A stretch of DNA of 64,000 nt from a bacterium (GCA_021780905.1 JAJXXW010000028.1:45358-109357); one strand, 5' to 3'. Shown: positions 1 through 10,933, numbered from the stretch's first letter. The notes: generated by a model from the sequence alone, not told the origin. Made by a program: numbers and translations.

Positions 1-522
1 GATCTCGAAACGATTTCCGTGCAACGACAGGGCCAGCAAGGTATCGAGCCGGGCCAGCCGGAAGCCGCACTGTGAATCCGGCAGCTCCGCGCCGGTCAGA
101 TGGGAGATGCGCCGGGACATCCAACGATTCACCCAGCGCCGAATGACCGGCATGGCTTCCGGGTTTTGCATTCGGTTGCCAACGATTAGCGCGGCTCCGC
201 TTTGTTCCGCCTGTTTGAAAAAGTTCGGAATTTCCTGCGCATCATGCTGGCCATCGCCATCCAGCATCAAGGCCCAGTTGCAACCCAGCTGGCGGGCCTG
301 TTGCCAGCCATGGCGCAGAGCGATGCCCTTGCCGGAATTTTTGGGAAGCGACAACACCATTGCACCGGATCGCCGGGCCGTTTCAACGGTCGCATCGGTG
401 GAACCGTCGTCCACCACGATGACGGTGGCGAGATGTTGACGGGCTTTTTCAACCACGCGTCCGAGGTGCAGTGCCTCGTTGAAGCATGGGATGATGACCG
501 CGCACCGTTGATTCCAGTCCAT
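1..522 (-). CDS. Glycosyltransferase family 2 (DPM1-like), runs off the window edge
   Basis: Hand translation from ATG at 522: MDWNQRCAVIIPCFNE...VIVVDDGSTD...NSGKGIAL...MLDGDGQH...DSQCGFR, which are GT2 motifs. Not in the ORF track because the stop lies outside the window. Confidence 0.9.
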   Translation of the reverse strand, partial: MDWNQRCAVIIPCFNEALHLGRVVEKARQHLATVIVVDDGSTDATVETARRSGAMVLSLPKNSGKGIALRHGWQQARQLGCNWALMLDGDGQHDAQEIPNFFKQAEQSGAALIVGNRMQNPEAMPVIRRWVNRWMSRRISHLTGAELPDSQCGFRLARLDTLLALSLHGNRFEI

Positions 523-530
523 GCAGGGAA

Positions 531-1100
531 TCATTCCAAGCGGCTCGGGTGCAGGTCGGCCTTGAGAATGGACCCGTCCGTGGCGGAGATGTGAACGACA
601 CCGATGTCAGCCATGTCTTCCGGGTGTTTGAGTTTCGCCGCCCAGAGTTTGACTTTCCATTCCGGTCCGGTCGCACCATGACCGAGCTGGAGTTGCGTGG
701 CCTTAAGGGCGAGTGATTTGACGAGCGGATGGTCCGTGGCGATGGCCTGGGCCTTGTCAGAATCAATCTTCAATTTGTCGGCATCCAGTATTTTATCGTC
801 GCCAGTGATCGGCTCCAGCAGGCGCAGCGGATGCGAAACATCCAACTTTTCGCCCGCGCCAAATTTCACCTCGACGGCTTTGAGCGTGGCATCGGGATCG
901 TAATACACCACATACCAGATGTTCGGGGTGAGGCCACCGAGGGATTTCTCCGAGCGGATTTGGACGACCTTGTCTTTGCTCTGCACGCCTACGTATTCAT
1001 TCCCGCGTTTGACCAATTGGAAGGCGGTCAGATCTTTGGCGTCTGCCGTAGTGACGATGCAGACTGCCAGTAGCACGAAAGCGAAATATTTTATTTTCAT
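531..1100 (-). CDS. Secreted hypothetical protein
   Basis: ORF 531..1172; likely start MKIKYFAFVLLAVCIVTTADA (signal peptide) at 1100. Confidence 0.75.
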   Translation of the reverse strand: MKIKYFAFVLLAVCIVTTADAKDLTAFQLVKRGNEYVGVQSKDKVVQIRSEKSLGGLTPNIWYVVYYDPDATLKAVEVKFGAGEKLDVSHPLRLLEPITGDDKILDADKLKIDSDKAQAIATDHPLVKSLALKATQLQLGHGATGPEWKVKLWAAKLKHPEDMADIGVVHISATDGSILKADLHPSRLE

Positions 1101-1201
1101 AGTCTGGCCGCAATCTAGTCGCTGCCGGCCAAAGCGCAATGGATTTTTTTCAGCGCAGAAAATGCGTTGCACTGGACCCGGTCGCGATTTTTAATAGGGC
1201 T

Positions 1202-2233
1202 GTGCCGGATAAATATTATTTTCCAAGCGCCATTGATCTGGCTGTCCAAGGGACAAAACAGGCTGCGTTTCACGAACGGGCGACCGGCGTCACTCGCGGG
1301 AGATTCGGCACGTCGGTCTTTGTGCGTGCTGTGGTCGAGGTTTCCAACTTCTGCCGGGAGAACTGCACCTATTGCGGGATGCGGCGCGACAACCGCGCGT
1401 TGAAGCGTGTCCGCGCCCGGCACGAGTCGCTGGCGGAAATGCTCATCCAGCACCGGCCTGCCAGTGTCACGGACATCAACATCCAGGCCGGTGAAGATCC
1501 CGTGGCCGTGCGTGAAGTGGTGCTGCCGCTCATCCGCGCGCTCCGGCGTGAAACTTCCCTCGGCATCAGCGTTTGTCTCGGCACGTTGCCCACGGAATTA
1601 TACGCGGAACTGCAATCCGCCGGTGCCAGCATCTACATCATCAAGTTCGAGATCGGCGGGGCCGCCCAATACGAACAGTTTGCCGCGCCCGGCACATTGG
1701 CTGAACGTCTGCGTCATGTTCGATTGCTTGCGGATGCCGGATGGAATGTCAGTTCCGGCTTCATCTCCGGCCTGCCCGGTCAGACCGTCGATGACCTGAT
1801 ACATAATTTCAAGATTGCCAGCGAGCTTCCCCTGAACGGTTGCAGCGTCAGTCCATTCATTCCCGGAAATGAGACGCCGCTTTCCGACGGCCAGCCGGGA
1901 CGTTCGGATTGGACTTTGAATTCGATCGCCGCGCTCCGGCTGATGCGGCCGGACTGGATCATTCCCGCCATCAGCGCGTTGAACCTCATGGAGTCGGACG
2001 GTTATCGTCATGGCTTGCGCGCGGGCGCGAACTTGGTGACGATGAACCTGACCCCGGAAGAAGTGCGTGGCGATTATGTCATTTACAAACGCGACCGGTT
2101 CATCATGACCGAGGAACGTGTTCTGGACGCCATCGCCGCCGAGGGTTTGCAGCCATCCGTCGGCGGACTGGCGGAACACTATCGCCATCAGGCCGAGCGG
2201 CAGCCACAACCCCGGACCGCCCTGCCGGTTTAA
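1202..2233 (+). CDS. Radical SAM protein, HydE-like (BioB/HydE/PylB group)
   Basis: RAVVEVSNFCRENCTYCGMRRDN (CxxxCxxC), QAGEDP, SPFIP..TPL, GANLVTMNLTP..DYVIY. Start uncertain (GTG 1202 or ATG 1139). Confidence 0.85.
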   Translation: MPDKYYFPSAIDLAVQGTKQAAFHERATGVTRGRFGTSVFVRAVVEVSNFCRENCTYCGMRRDNRALKRVRARHESLAEMLIQHRPASVTDINIQAGEDPVAVREVVLPLIRALRRETSLGISVCLGTLPTELYAELQSAGASIYIIKFEIGGAAQYEQFAAPGTLAERLRHVRLLADAGWNVSSGFISGLPGQTVDDLIHNFKIASELPLNGCSVSPFIPGNETPLSDGQPGRSDWTLNSIAALRLMRPDWIIPAISALNLMESDGYRHGLRAGANLVTMNLTPEEVRGDYVIYKRDRFIMTEERVLDAIAAEGLQPSVGGLAEHYRHQAERQPQPRTALPV

Positions 2234-2239
2234 TATTTT

Positions 2240-3481
2240 GTGCTCTTTCCGCTCACAAAAAAAACCGAAAGCGCCAACCGCGTTGTGGTGACCGGCGCTG
2301 GTGTCATCACCGCGCTCGGCGCGGGGTGGGAGATCAACGCCGCCGGTTTCCGCGCGGGCCGGAACGCCTTTCGACCCGTAACGCTGTTCGACGCTTCCCA
2401 TCAACGCGCCAAGATCGCGGCGGAGATCGACTTGCCCGGAGAATTTCCCGCCACGCGGCTGCCGACAAAATATTATCGCCGGCTCGATCGCGCGGCGCGG
2501 ATGTTGTTGCTGGCTGCGCACGAAGCATGGACGCAAAGCGGCTGGCAAGGCAGCGAAAATCTGCCGGTGGTTTTGGGAACGACCAGCGGAGAGATGTCGC
2601 TCGGTCAGGCTTACCTGCGTCAGGCCATCAACTCACCGCGGCAATTTCACCGGCAGGCCACGCGCGTGGCTTACTATCAGATGCAGCGCCAGGCACTGGA
2701 TTTGTGCGAGGCATTCGGTTTTAACGGGCCGGTCACCATCATCTCCAACGCCTGTGCCTCCGGGTCCAACGCCATCGGCCACGCATGGGAATTGTTGCGC
2801 GATGGCCGTGCGGAAAGAGTGTTGACGGGTGGCTACGACGCCTTGTGCCAGCTCACCTTTGCGGGTTTCGATTCGTTGCAAGCGCTCGCGCCCACGGCCT
2901 GCCGGCCATTCGACGCGACGCGCAACGGGCTGACGCTTGGCGAAGGGGCGGCAGTTTTTACTTTGGAAACCCTTGCCGGTGCGCAGAAACGCGCCGCGCC
3001 GATCCTTGGAGAGATCATCGGCTACGGTGCGACCACCGATGTGCATCATCTCACCCAGCCGCATCCCGAAGGCGATGCCGCCCTCGCGGCGATGAACGCC
3101 GCCTGCGCCGCGGCCGGCATCACGGCCGCCCAAGTGGACTACGTGAATGCCCACGGCACGGCCACGCCGCAGAATGACGCCACCGAAGCCGTCGCTATCA
3201 ACCGTTGGGCCGGCGAACATGCCCGGAATATTTCTGTGAGTTCCACCAAGGCGTGCATCGGGCATCTGCTCGGTGCGGCGGGTGCAGTCGAGGCGGCGGT
3301 TTGCCTGATGGCATTGCGCGGACAATGGCTGCCGCCGGAAGTTTTGCTTGAACAGGTGGATCCCGTGTGTCGTTTCTCTATCGTGCGCCAGCCCACGGAC
3401 AAAAAAATCAAGATCGCGCTGTCGAACTCCTTCGGCTTCGGCGGTGCCAATGCCTCGCTCATCTTCCGGAGGTGGGCGTGA
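2240..3481 (+). CDS. Beta-ketoacyl-ACP synthase (FabF-like KAS II / type II PKS KS)
   Basis: Catalytic Cys-His-His motifs: NACASG, NAHGTAT, KACIGHLLGAAG; C-terminal SNSFGFGGAN. Confidence 0.93.
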   Translation: MLFPLTKKTESANRVVVTGAGVITALGAGWEINAAGFRAGRNAFRPVTLFDASHQRAKIAAEIDLPGEFPATRLPTKYYRRLDRAARMLLLAAHEAWTQSGWQGSENLPVVLGTTSGEMSLGQAYLRQAINSPRQFHRQATRVAYYQMQRQALDLCEAFGFNGPVTIISNACASGSNAIGHAWELLRDGRAERVLTGGYDALCQLTFAGFDSLQALAPTACRPFDATRNGLTLGEGAAVFTLETLAGAQKRAAPILGEIIGYGATTDVHHLTQPHPEGDAALAAMNAACAAAGITAAQVDYVNAHGTATPQNDATEAVAINRWAGEHARNISVSSTKACIGHLLGAAGAVEAAVCLMALRGQWLPPEVLLEQVDPVCRFSIVRQPTDKKIKIALSNSFGFGGANASLIFRRWA

Positions 3482-4476
3482 GCCGGATTTTCATCCATGG
3501 CACTGGTGCGGTTTCCCCGGCGGGTTGGGGCGTCGCGGCTTTATGCGAGGCTGTGAAGCAGGGCGTGCCGTTGCCGTGTCAGGATGTCCAACGTCCGGGT
3601 TGGGATGAACTGCTGGCTGTGCGTCTGGTTCCGGCACCGGCAGTCCGGTCGGCATTTCTCGCGCATCCCCGGCTGCGCCGGGCCGGGGCGATGGCGCAAC
3701 ACACTGTTGGCGCGGTGCTGGAGGCGCTGGGTGACGATGTGGCTCGTGTGCAATCCGGCGAACTGCGCTTAGGTATCATCGTGTGCATGATGGCCGGTGG
3801 CGTGACCTATTCGCGGCGGTTTTACGAGGAAGTGATGAAGGCACCGGAAACGGCCAGTCCGTTAATTTTTCCCGAGACGGTCTTCAATGCGCCAGCCAGC
3901 CATGTCGGTGCGTATCTCGGCTCCAAGACGATCAATTACACGCTCGTGGGCGACAACGGAACGGTTCTGCAAGGTCTTGCGCTTGGCGCCGGCTGGCTGG
4001 ACAGCGGCCGGGCCGATGCCTGTGTGGTGATCGGCACCGAGGAAGTGGACTGGGTGGTGGCCGATGCCTTGAGATTGTTCCAGCCGCGCACAATTTACAG
4101 CGGTGGTGCTGGCGCGGTGTATTTGAAGAAGGCGGTTTCCGACGTGGAGCTAAAGGCCGTCACGGATTCGTTTGTTTTCACCCGCCAGCAGGATTGCGTT
4201 GTGGCAGCGCGACTGGTGCGGGCGCAATTGCCGTCTGGATCTGCCGGGGAATTATTGTGTGATTGCGGCAGCCGCTTCGCGGATTGGACTGGCTGGCCAG
4301 GACAACGACTGACTTTAAAGCCAGTTCTCGGTGAAGCCTTTGACGCCTCGGCCGCATGGCAATGTGTGGTGGCTGCCCACACATTGCACGCAAAGGAATT
4401 TTCAGCGGCGAACATCAGTGTGGCCGGCGTAAACCAGCAGGCGATCGGCGCGCGGTTTGCCAGAAACGATTTATGA
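3478..4476 (+). CDS. Ketosynthase chain-length-factor-like protein
   Basis: GTG at 3478 overlaps the KAS stop (GTGA). Begins IFIHGTGAVSPAG, contains ASPLIFPETVFNAPASH, and has no Cys at the expected catalytic position. Confidence 0.8.
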   Translation: MSRIFIHGTGAVSPAGWGVAALCEAVKQGVPLPCQDVQRPGWDELLAVRLVPAPAVRSAFLAHPRLRRAGAMAQHTVGAVLEALGDDVARVQSGELRLGIIVCMMAGGVTYSRRFYEEVMKAPETASPLIFPETVFNAPASHVGAYLGSKTINYTLVGDNGTVLQGLALGAGWLDSGRADACVVIGTEEVDWVVADALRLFQPRTIYSGGAGAVYLKKAVSDVELKAVTDSFVFTRQQDCVVAARLVRAQLPSGSAGELLCDCGSRFADWTGWPGQRLTLKPVLGEAFDASAAWQCVVAAHTLHAKEFSAANISVAGVNQQAIGARFARNDL

Positions 4477-5204
4477 GTCAACGGATCATTCTCATCACGG
4501 GCGCGAACGGCGCGCTGGGACAGGCGGTGGCCCGGGCATTTTTGGATGAATCGCCTGGCAACCACGTGTGGCTTGGAGTCCATCAGCGGCGCGATCGGGC
4601 GGATGCGCTCGCTGCCGCAGAGGCCGGACGCTGCCGGGTCGTGTCGTTGAACGTGGCCGAGGCCGCCTCGTGGAAAAACGCCGTGGCCGAAATCCTTTCC
4701 GCGCATGATCGTCTGGATGCGCTCGTGAACAACGCCGGCACGCATGACGACGTCCTGCTCGCCCAGATGAAGCCGGAGTCGTGGCATGGGGTTCTCTCCG
4801 TGAATCTAGACGGGGTTTTTCATGGCTGTCAGACCGTGTTGCCGACGATGATTTCCCAACACCATGGGCGAATCATCAACATTTCGTCCTTGAGCGCCAT
4901 CTACGCGCCGGCCGGGCAGACGAACTACGCTGCCGCAAAGGCGGGCGTAGTGGCGCTGACGCAATCGCTGGCGAAGGAGGTCGCGCGGCTGGGCATCACA
5001 GTCAACGCCGTGTGCCCCGGCTATCTTGAGACCGAGATGCTGGATAAAATGGATTCGGCCACCCGTCAACGAGTGATGATGCAGGTGCCCATGCGCCGTT
5101 TTGGGAAGCCGGCGGAAGTTGCCGAAGCAGTTAGATTTCTGGCTTGCCCCGGTGCAAGTTACATCACAGGCTCTGTGCTAAAAATTGACGGCGGAATTTT
5201 TTAA
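4473..5204 (+). CDS. 3-oxoacyl-ACP reductase (FabG-like SDR)
   Basis: TGANGALG, LVNNAG, GQTNYAAAK, VNAVCPG, YITGSVLKIDGG; ATGA overlap with the upstream gene. Confidence 0.92.
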   Translation: MSQRIILITGANGALGQAVARAFLDESPGNHVWLGVHQRRDRADALAAAEAGRCRVVSLNVAEAASWKNAVAEILSAHDRLDALVNNAGTHDDVLLAQMKPESWHGVLSVNLDGVFHGCQTVLPTMISQHHGRIINISSLSAIYAPAGQTNYAAAKAGVVALTQSLAKEVARLGITVNAVCPGYLETEMLDKMDSATRQRVMMQVPMRRFGKPAEVAEAVRFLACPGASYITGSVLKIDGGIF

Positions 5205-5207
5205 GCA

Positions 5208-5462
5208 ATGAGCGATTCAATACAACTCAAAAGCGAGATCAAACGCATGTTGGTGGAGAACCTGATGCTGCAGATCAGCGCGGAAGAAATCGGCGACGAC
5301 CAGCCGCTGTTTGGGCCAGACAGTCTCGGCTTGGACTCCGTGGATGCATTGCAGCTGGTGGTGGCTTTGGAAAAAAATTTCGGTTTGAAGCTCTCTGATC
5401 CAGAAGTGGCCCGCGGAGTTTTGCGAAACGTAAACTCCATTGCTGCAGCCTTGCAATCCTAA
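5208..5462 (+). CDS. Acyl carrier protein
   Basis: 84 aa acidic protein with the LGLDSVDAL phosphopantetheine attachment motif. Confidence 0.93.
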   Translation: MSDSIQLKSEIKRMLVENLMLQISAEEIGDDQPLFGPDSLGLDSVDALQLVVALEKNFGLKLSDPEVARGVLRNVNSIAAALQS

Positions 5463-6456
5463 ACCAGCACCTTTCGGTGTGCGGCGTGATTCGAAGTTTT
5501 GGACCAGTTAAATCGGAATACTCCATGCCATTAGGCTGACTCGGAAGTTTACATGTCCATATGCCGTCCGAGGTGTGGCACGGGTGCTCAGCGCGCGCGA
5601 GCGTAACTCGCGTGAACTGCTGTTGATATTGGTGACAACCGATTCTCACCCTATTGATGACCCGCTGGGCTCAGTAGAACGAAAGTTCGCGCTCTGCAAG
5701 CTCGCTGATCATAAGGTAAATACAAACGCGCTAGTGGCCCGCGGAAATGGTGCCACTCCGGAAGGAGCTTCGCTCGCAGGCCGGCATGCAGCTCGTGACA
5801 GTTGCTCGGCAGTGCGCCTCGCACCTGTCACTATGGCTTCTTCTCTGCCGCCGTGCTGGCACTTCGCTTCGGATACCGCTCCGCCTGCGCAGGGTGTCTC
5901 GGACAAAAGCTTTTGCGTATTGCGCCAGTTCCGCTGTGCGATCCTGGCGTTTCGGCATCATCTTCTGCAAAAACTGGTCGCGGGTGACGGGGTATTCCCC
6001 GGTTGGCAAAAAGGGATCTTCGACAGAATCTGAACCACTCCGGGTTTTATCCCAAACCCATTGACTGTTTTGCATCCCCACTTCGTCAACAAAATCGGCG
6101 AGAAAGATCCTTTTCCGGGCCGCCAGTCATAGACTCATGGCTATTTCCGCAAGACGGTCATGATTTTCGTTCGAGATTCGCGCCAAAGTGGCAGTGATCA
6201 AGGCAATCCATCCGGCAACACGCCTCTGTCAAAAGCTGAAAATCCTCATGCGAAGCTTTCGAGCACACCTTCGCAAACTCATTCTGCTATCACTGAAAAG
6301 ACCGCCGGGAAAAGTTGCCATTAAATTTGCCTTTAAGCGGTTTTTGTGGCAACTATCTGCACTCCAGTTCACTCACCTGCACTTTGAAGAAATCCGCCAA
6401 AAATCAACACTCCCCTTTATCCATAGCCTTCTTTTTGATTTTCCAATGAAAAGAAG

Positions 6457-6532
6457 TGGTGGGTTGGCGGGGACTCGAACCCCGGACCAATGCCTTAAAA
6501 GGGCACTGCTCTACCAACTGAGCTACCAACCC
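6457..6532 (-). tRNA. tRNA-Lys (anticodon UUU)
   Basis: Reverse complement GGGTTGGTAGCTCAGTTGGTAGAGCAGTGCCCTTTTAAGGCATTGGTCCGGGGTTCGAGTCCCCGCCAACCCACCA: 76-nt cloverleaf, TTCGA T-loop, encoded CCA. Confidence 0.97.
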
Positions 6533-6732
6533 ATCCGATTTTTATTCGGCGTTGAAGACATCACCTTGCAACCTCATAGAACTTCAAATCATCGGCAGGT
6601 ATTATACCTTGGCTTGCTTGAGGGGCAAGTCGTTTCACGGTGACTCTTCACGCCGCCGTCCTTCCCATCACTTTCCCTTGCCGAAGAATACGGCCAGGGG
6701 CGTTGCTCGAAAACCATCTTTCCCCTCCGGAC

Positions 6733-8334
6733 TCAACTCCCGCGCCGCACCACGGAATCGCGCTGCGACCAGGCTGGGTTCGCCCCGGGGAAATCCAGAT
6801 TGTAATTCAGTCCGCGGCTTTCGGGACGCTGCAAGGCGCAATGCACAATCAATTCGGCCACCATCGCGATGTTACGCAGTTCCAGCAAATCGGCGGTCAC
6901 GATGAAATTCCAGTAATACTCCTGAATTTCCTGCTGCAAGTTCGCCAGCCGTTTTTGTGCGCGTTGCAGCCGCTTGTTCGTCCGCACGATGCCGACGTAA
7001 TCCCACATCAGCCGCCGGATCTCGTCCCAGTTGTGCGCGACGACGACCATTTCATCCGCGTTCGTCGCGCTGCCGGATTGCCACACCGGGATTTTGAAAT
7101 CGGATTTCGGCAGCGGCGCGGAAAGAATCTTTTCCGCCGCCCGATGCGCGCAGACGAGCGCCTCCAGCAGCGAATTGCTCGCCAGCCGGTTCGCGCCGTG
7201 CAGGCCGGTGCAGGCGACTTCGCCGACGGCGAACAGCCCGGCGATGTCCGTCCCGCCGTCCAGGTTCGTCACCACGCCGCCGCACTGGTAATGCGCCGCC
7301 GGCACCACGGGAATCGGCTCGCGCGTGATGTCAATGCCGTAGCGCAGGCACGTCTGGTGGATGTTCGGAAACCGCTCGATGATGAATTTCGCCGACTTGT
7401 GCGTGATGTCCAGATGCACGCAGTCCGCGCCGGTCTTTTTCATCTCGCTGTCAATCGCGCGGGCCACGATGTCGCGCGGAGCGAGTGATTTCAGCGGATG
7501 CACGGCGTCCATGAATTCCCGACCGTCGAGCGTTTTCAAAATGCCGCCTTCACCGCGCACGGCTTCGCTGATGAGAAATGATTTCGCCTTCGGATGGTAA
7601 AGGCACGTCGGATGAAACTGGACGAACTCCATGTTCGCGATGCTCGCGCCAGCGCGAAACGCCATCGCCACGCCGTCGCCGGTCGCGATGTCGGGATTCG
7701 TCGTGTAGAGATAAACCTTGCCGCAACCGCCCGTCGCCAGCACCGTCACCGGCGCGGCGAACGTCCAGACGCGGTTGCCCTTTTTGTCGAAAACGTAAGC
7801 ACCAAGACAGCGGTTCTCGCCGACGTAGCCGAGCTTCTGGCTCGTGATCAAATCAATCGCGATGTGGTTCTCAAAAATCTCGATGTTCGGCTGACGCGAA
7901 ATGGCGTCGAGCAGCGCGCGCTCGATTTCGCGGCCGGTCACGTCCTTCGCGTGCAGAATCCGGCGCTCGGAATGACCGCCTTCGCGGCCGAGGTCGAGCT
8001 GTTTGCCGCCGTCTTTGCTGGGCGCGGCACTTTCGGAAAATTTCATCCCGAGCGCGATCAGCTCCGCGATGCGCGCCGGTCCTTCCCCGACAATCGTGCG
8101 CACGACGCTTTCCTTGCACAGCCCCGCGCCCGCCGTGAGCGTATCTTGAACGTGCGACTCGAAGGAATCCGTCTTGCTCGTGACCGACGCGATGCCGCCC
8201 TGCGCGTAGTTGGTGTTCGACTCTGCGCGGTCTTTTTTGGTGACGATGGCCACGCGCCCGCGCGGCGCGACCTTGAGCGCGAACGTCAGTCCAGCGATGC
8301 CGCTGCCGAGAATGAGAAAATCAAAATGTTTCAC
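6733..8334 (-). CDS. nadB: L-aspartate oxidase
   Basis: GSGIAG FAD motif, [46 protein letters not shown]. Confidence 0.96.
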   Translation of the reverse strand: MKHFDFLILGSGIAGLTFALKVAPRGRVAIVTKKDRAESNTNYAQGGIASVTSKTDSFESHVQDTLTAGAGLCKESVVRTIVGEGPARIAELIALGMKFSESAAPSKDGGKQLDLGREGGHSERRILHAKDVTGREIERALLDAISRQPNIEIFENHIAIDLITSQKLGYVGENRCLGAYVFDKKGNRVWTFAAPVTVLATGGCGKVYLYTTNPDIATGDGVAMAFRAGASIANMEFVQFHPTCLYHPKAKSFLISEAVRGEGGILKTLDGREFMDAVHPLKSLAPRDIVARAIDSEMKKTGADCVHLDITHKSAKFIIERFPNIHQTCLRYGIDITREPIPVVPAAHYQCGGVVTNLDGGTDIAGLFAVGEVACTGLHGANRLASNSLLEALVCAHRAAEKILSAPLPKSDFKIPVWQSGSATNADEMVVVAHNWDEIRRLMWDYVGIVRTNKRLQRAQKRLANLQQEIQEYYWNFIVTADLLELRNIAMVAELIVHCALQRPESRGLNYNLDFPGANPAWSQRDSVVRRGS

Positions 8335-8509
8335 CGGACAAAAGCATTAACGCAAAGACCCGGAAGGGCAAAGCCGCAAATGTTTTGAAGTTTCAAACTT
8401 TCCGTCCTGAATTGACAATTTGCATCTGCGGAACAGCGGCGGTAGCGGCCCACGTTGCAACTTCGGCCTTGTTTTTTGTCGCCACTTCTAGGCCACCCTC
8501 TCCGGGTCT

Positions 8510-10933
8510 TCAAGATATGCCTTTATTCCCGCCCCACTGGTAGGTTTCACCCTTCTTGATTTCCACGGCCTTGGTCGCCGAGCCGTAACGCAGCACGGCG
8601 CGATTGCCATTTAGCGAGCGAATGGCCGCTTTCGTCAGTTTTCCATTTTGCCAGGCGATGTCCACCTCGAAGCCGCCGCGAGCGCGCAGGCCTTTGACGC
8701 TGCCGGTCGGCCACGCTTGCGGCAGCGCAGGCAGGAGCTGGAGTTCGCCGTTCTGGCTTTGCAGCAACATTTCCGTGATCCCGGAAGCGCCGCCGAAGTT
8801 ACCGTCAATCTGGAACGGCGGGCAGGAGTCGAAGAGGTCGGGATACGTGCAGCGCGGACTGATGAGGTCTTGCAAGATCCCGAACGCATGGTCGCCATCA
8901 CGCAGTCGCGCCCAGAGGTTGATGCGCCAGGCCGTGCCCCAGCCGGTCGCCTGGTCGCCGCGAATCTCCAAGGATTTTTTTACGGCGGCGGCGAGTTCGG
9001 GCGTGGTGCGCAGGTCGATTTGTGCGCTGGGATAAAGTCCATAGAGATGTGACACGTGACGGTGATGCAACTCGTGTGAGTTAAGATCCAAATCCTGCAA
9101 CCATTCCTGCAACTGGCCGGCGGAGCCAATCTGCAACGGCGCGAGCCGTGCGCGGGCGGCGGCAACCTGCGCGGCAAATTTTTGGTCCGTGCCAAAAATT
9201 TCCGAGGCGCGGATGCAGTTCGCGAACAAGTCGCGGAGAATTTCCAGATCCATTGTCGGGCCGGCGCAGATGCTGGTGCCTTTCGCCGCAGGGTTGCGGT
9301 TCTCCGGCGAGAGCGACGGACAGGTGACCAGATTCGCGGGGGCGGGCAGGTTCGGATCTGCAACCAGCGTGTCGAGGAAGAACTGCGCCGCGCCTTTCAT
9401 GGCGGGATAAATCCGGCGCAAATAGCTTTCATCATCGGTGAACAGGTAATGTTCCCACAAATTCTGGAGCAGCCATGCGCCGCCCAGCGGCCACATGCCG
9501 GAATTCGGCCCGTCAATCGGCGCGGTCGCGCGCCACAAATCCAGATTGTGATGCGCCACCCAGCCGTGCGCGCCATACATCACCTGCGCGGTGCGCTGGC
9601 CGGTCTCGGCCGCCTCCAAAACCATTTGCGTGAGCGGCTCGACGCATTCGGAAAGGTTGTCCGGCTCGGCGGGCCAGTAATTCATCTCGGTGTTGATGTT
9701 GATGGTGTATTTGCTGTCCCACGGCGGCTTCATGGAATTGTTCCACAAGCCCTGCAACGTCGCTGGCTGGCTGCCGGGCCGCGAGCAGGAAATCAGCAGG
9801 TAGCGCGCAAACTGGAAATACAGCGCGGCCAGCTGCGGGTCGCGGCCGTCGGCAAAATGTTGAATGCGCTCGTCGGTCGGCAATTTCATTGCCTCCGACT
9901 CGCCGAGATTCAGTTCCACCCGGCGGAAAAGTCTTTGGTAATCGGCGCAGTGCGCCGCGCGCAAAGCGGCGAAGGTTTTTTTGCCGGCGGCGGCAAGCTG
10001 TTTTTTGACGATGGCTTCGGGATCGCCGCTGACGTCGTGATAATTTCTAAAACTCGTCGCGGCGGCAAGGAACAGCGTGGCCTCGTCCGCATTGGCAACC
10101 CGGATGGAATCCGGACCGGTGAACAGTGTTCCGCCGTGCGCTTGGATGCCGATCCGCGCCTGAAATTTCAGCGCGCCCGGGATGCCGCGCGCCTCACTGT
10201 TGACGCCGCGCAAGACCAGTTGCGAGGGAAATTCGGATCCAGCCGGCAGTTTTCCAATCGCATTTGGCGTTCCGAACATTTCCGTCTTCATCACGGCTTT
10301 CTGCGGTGTCGTCATTCCGGCCGTGAACGAGATTTTTCCCGGCTGATCCGCCGTCAGCCGGATGACAATAACCTGATCCACCGCGCTGGAGAAAATTTCG
10401 CGTTTGAAATGCACGCCGTTCGCCGTGTAGCTGACCGTTGCGACGGCGGTATCCAAATCCAAATCGCGGCGATAGTTTTCCATCGCGGGCGACGGCAAAT
10501 CATGCAGCCGGTCATCTTCGTTCGTCGTGGTTCTGGGCAAATCCAGCCACAAATCGCCCAGCGTCTGATACGGCAACTGGCGGAGCGGCACGGCCATCAT
10601 TTTATCGCTGATCAATTTGGCCGCCTCGTCATATTTGCCGGCGAACACCAGCCGGCGGACTTCCGGCAGCGCGGCGAACGCGTTGGTGTTGTTCGGGTCG
10701 TAAGGCCCGCCGGCCCAGAGTGTGCCTTCGTTCAGTTGCAGATGTTCGCGCTCCACACCACCGAAAATCATCGCGCCCAGCCGGCCGTTGCCGATGGGCA
10801 GCGCCTCGGTCCAGGCCTTGGCCGGTTGTTGATACCACAGCGTCAGCGGCGACGCGGCGCTGCCGGCATGGCTGGATTGAAAAAGAGAAATCGCCGTGAG
10901 CGCGGCAAAAAAGCTGCGGGAGATGGCTGCCAT
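8510..10933 (-). CDS. Glycoside hydrolase family 95 (alpha-1,2-L-fucosidase-like)
   Basis: [56 protein letters not shown]; start at MAAISRSFF (signal peptide). Confidence 0.93.
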   Translation of the reverse strand: MAAISRSFFAALTAISLFQSSHAGSAASPLTLWYQQPAKAWTEALPIGNGRLGAMIFGGVEREHLQLNEGTLWAGGPYDPNNTNAFAALPEVRRLVFAGKYDEAAKLISDKMMAVPLRQLPYQTLGDLWLDLPRTTTNEDDRLHDLPSPAMENYRRDLDLDTAVATVSYTANGVHFKREIFSSAVDQVIVIRLTADQPGKISFTAGMTTPQKAVMKTEMFGTPNAIGKLPAGSEFPSQLVLRGVNSEARGIPGALKFQARIGIQAHGGTLFTGPDSIRVANADEATLFLAAATSFRNYHDVSGDPEAIVKKQLAAAGKKTFAALRAAHCADYQRLFRRVELNLGESEAMKLPTDERIQHFADGRDPQLAALYFQFARYLLISCSRPGSQPATLQGLWNNSMKPPWDSKYTININTEMNYWPAEPDNLSECVEPLTQMVLEAAETGQRTAQVMYGAHGWVAHHNLDLWRATAPIDGPNSGMWPLGGAWLLQNLWEHYLFTDDESYLRRIYPAMKGAAQFFLDTLVADPNLPAPANLVTCPSLSPENRNPAAKGTSICAGPTMDLEILRDLFANCIRASEIFGTDQKFAAQVAAARARLAPLQIGSAGQLQEWLQDLDLNSHELHHRHVSHLYGLYPSAQIDLRTTPELAAAVKKSLEIRGDQATGWGTAWRINLWARLRDGDHAFGILQDLISPRCTYPDLFDSCPPFQIDGNFGGASGITEMLLQSQNGELQLLPALPQAWPTGSVKGLRARGGFEVDIAWQNGKLTKAAIRSLNGNRAVLRYGSATKAVEIKKGETYQWGGNKGIS

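Noticed and set aside
1202-2233. Calling the radical SAM gene bioB or hydE
   Set aside because: Motifs are HydE-like rather than BioB-like, there is no hydrogenase context, and bioD is about 57 kb away, so no symbol was assigned.
5575-6643. Short ORFs between the ACP and the tRNA
   Set aside because: No recognisable domains; one spans the tRNA. The ORF at 5731..6081 could be a decayed gene, but I cannot support it.
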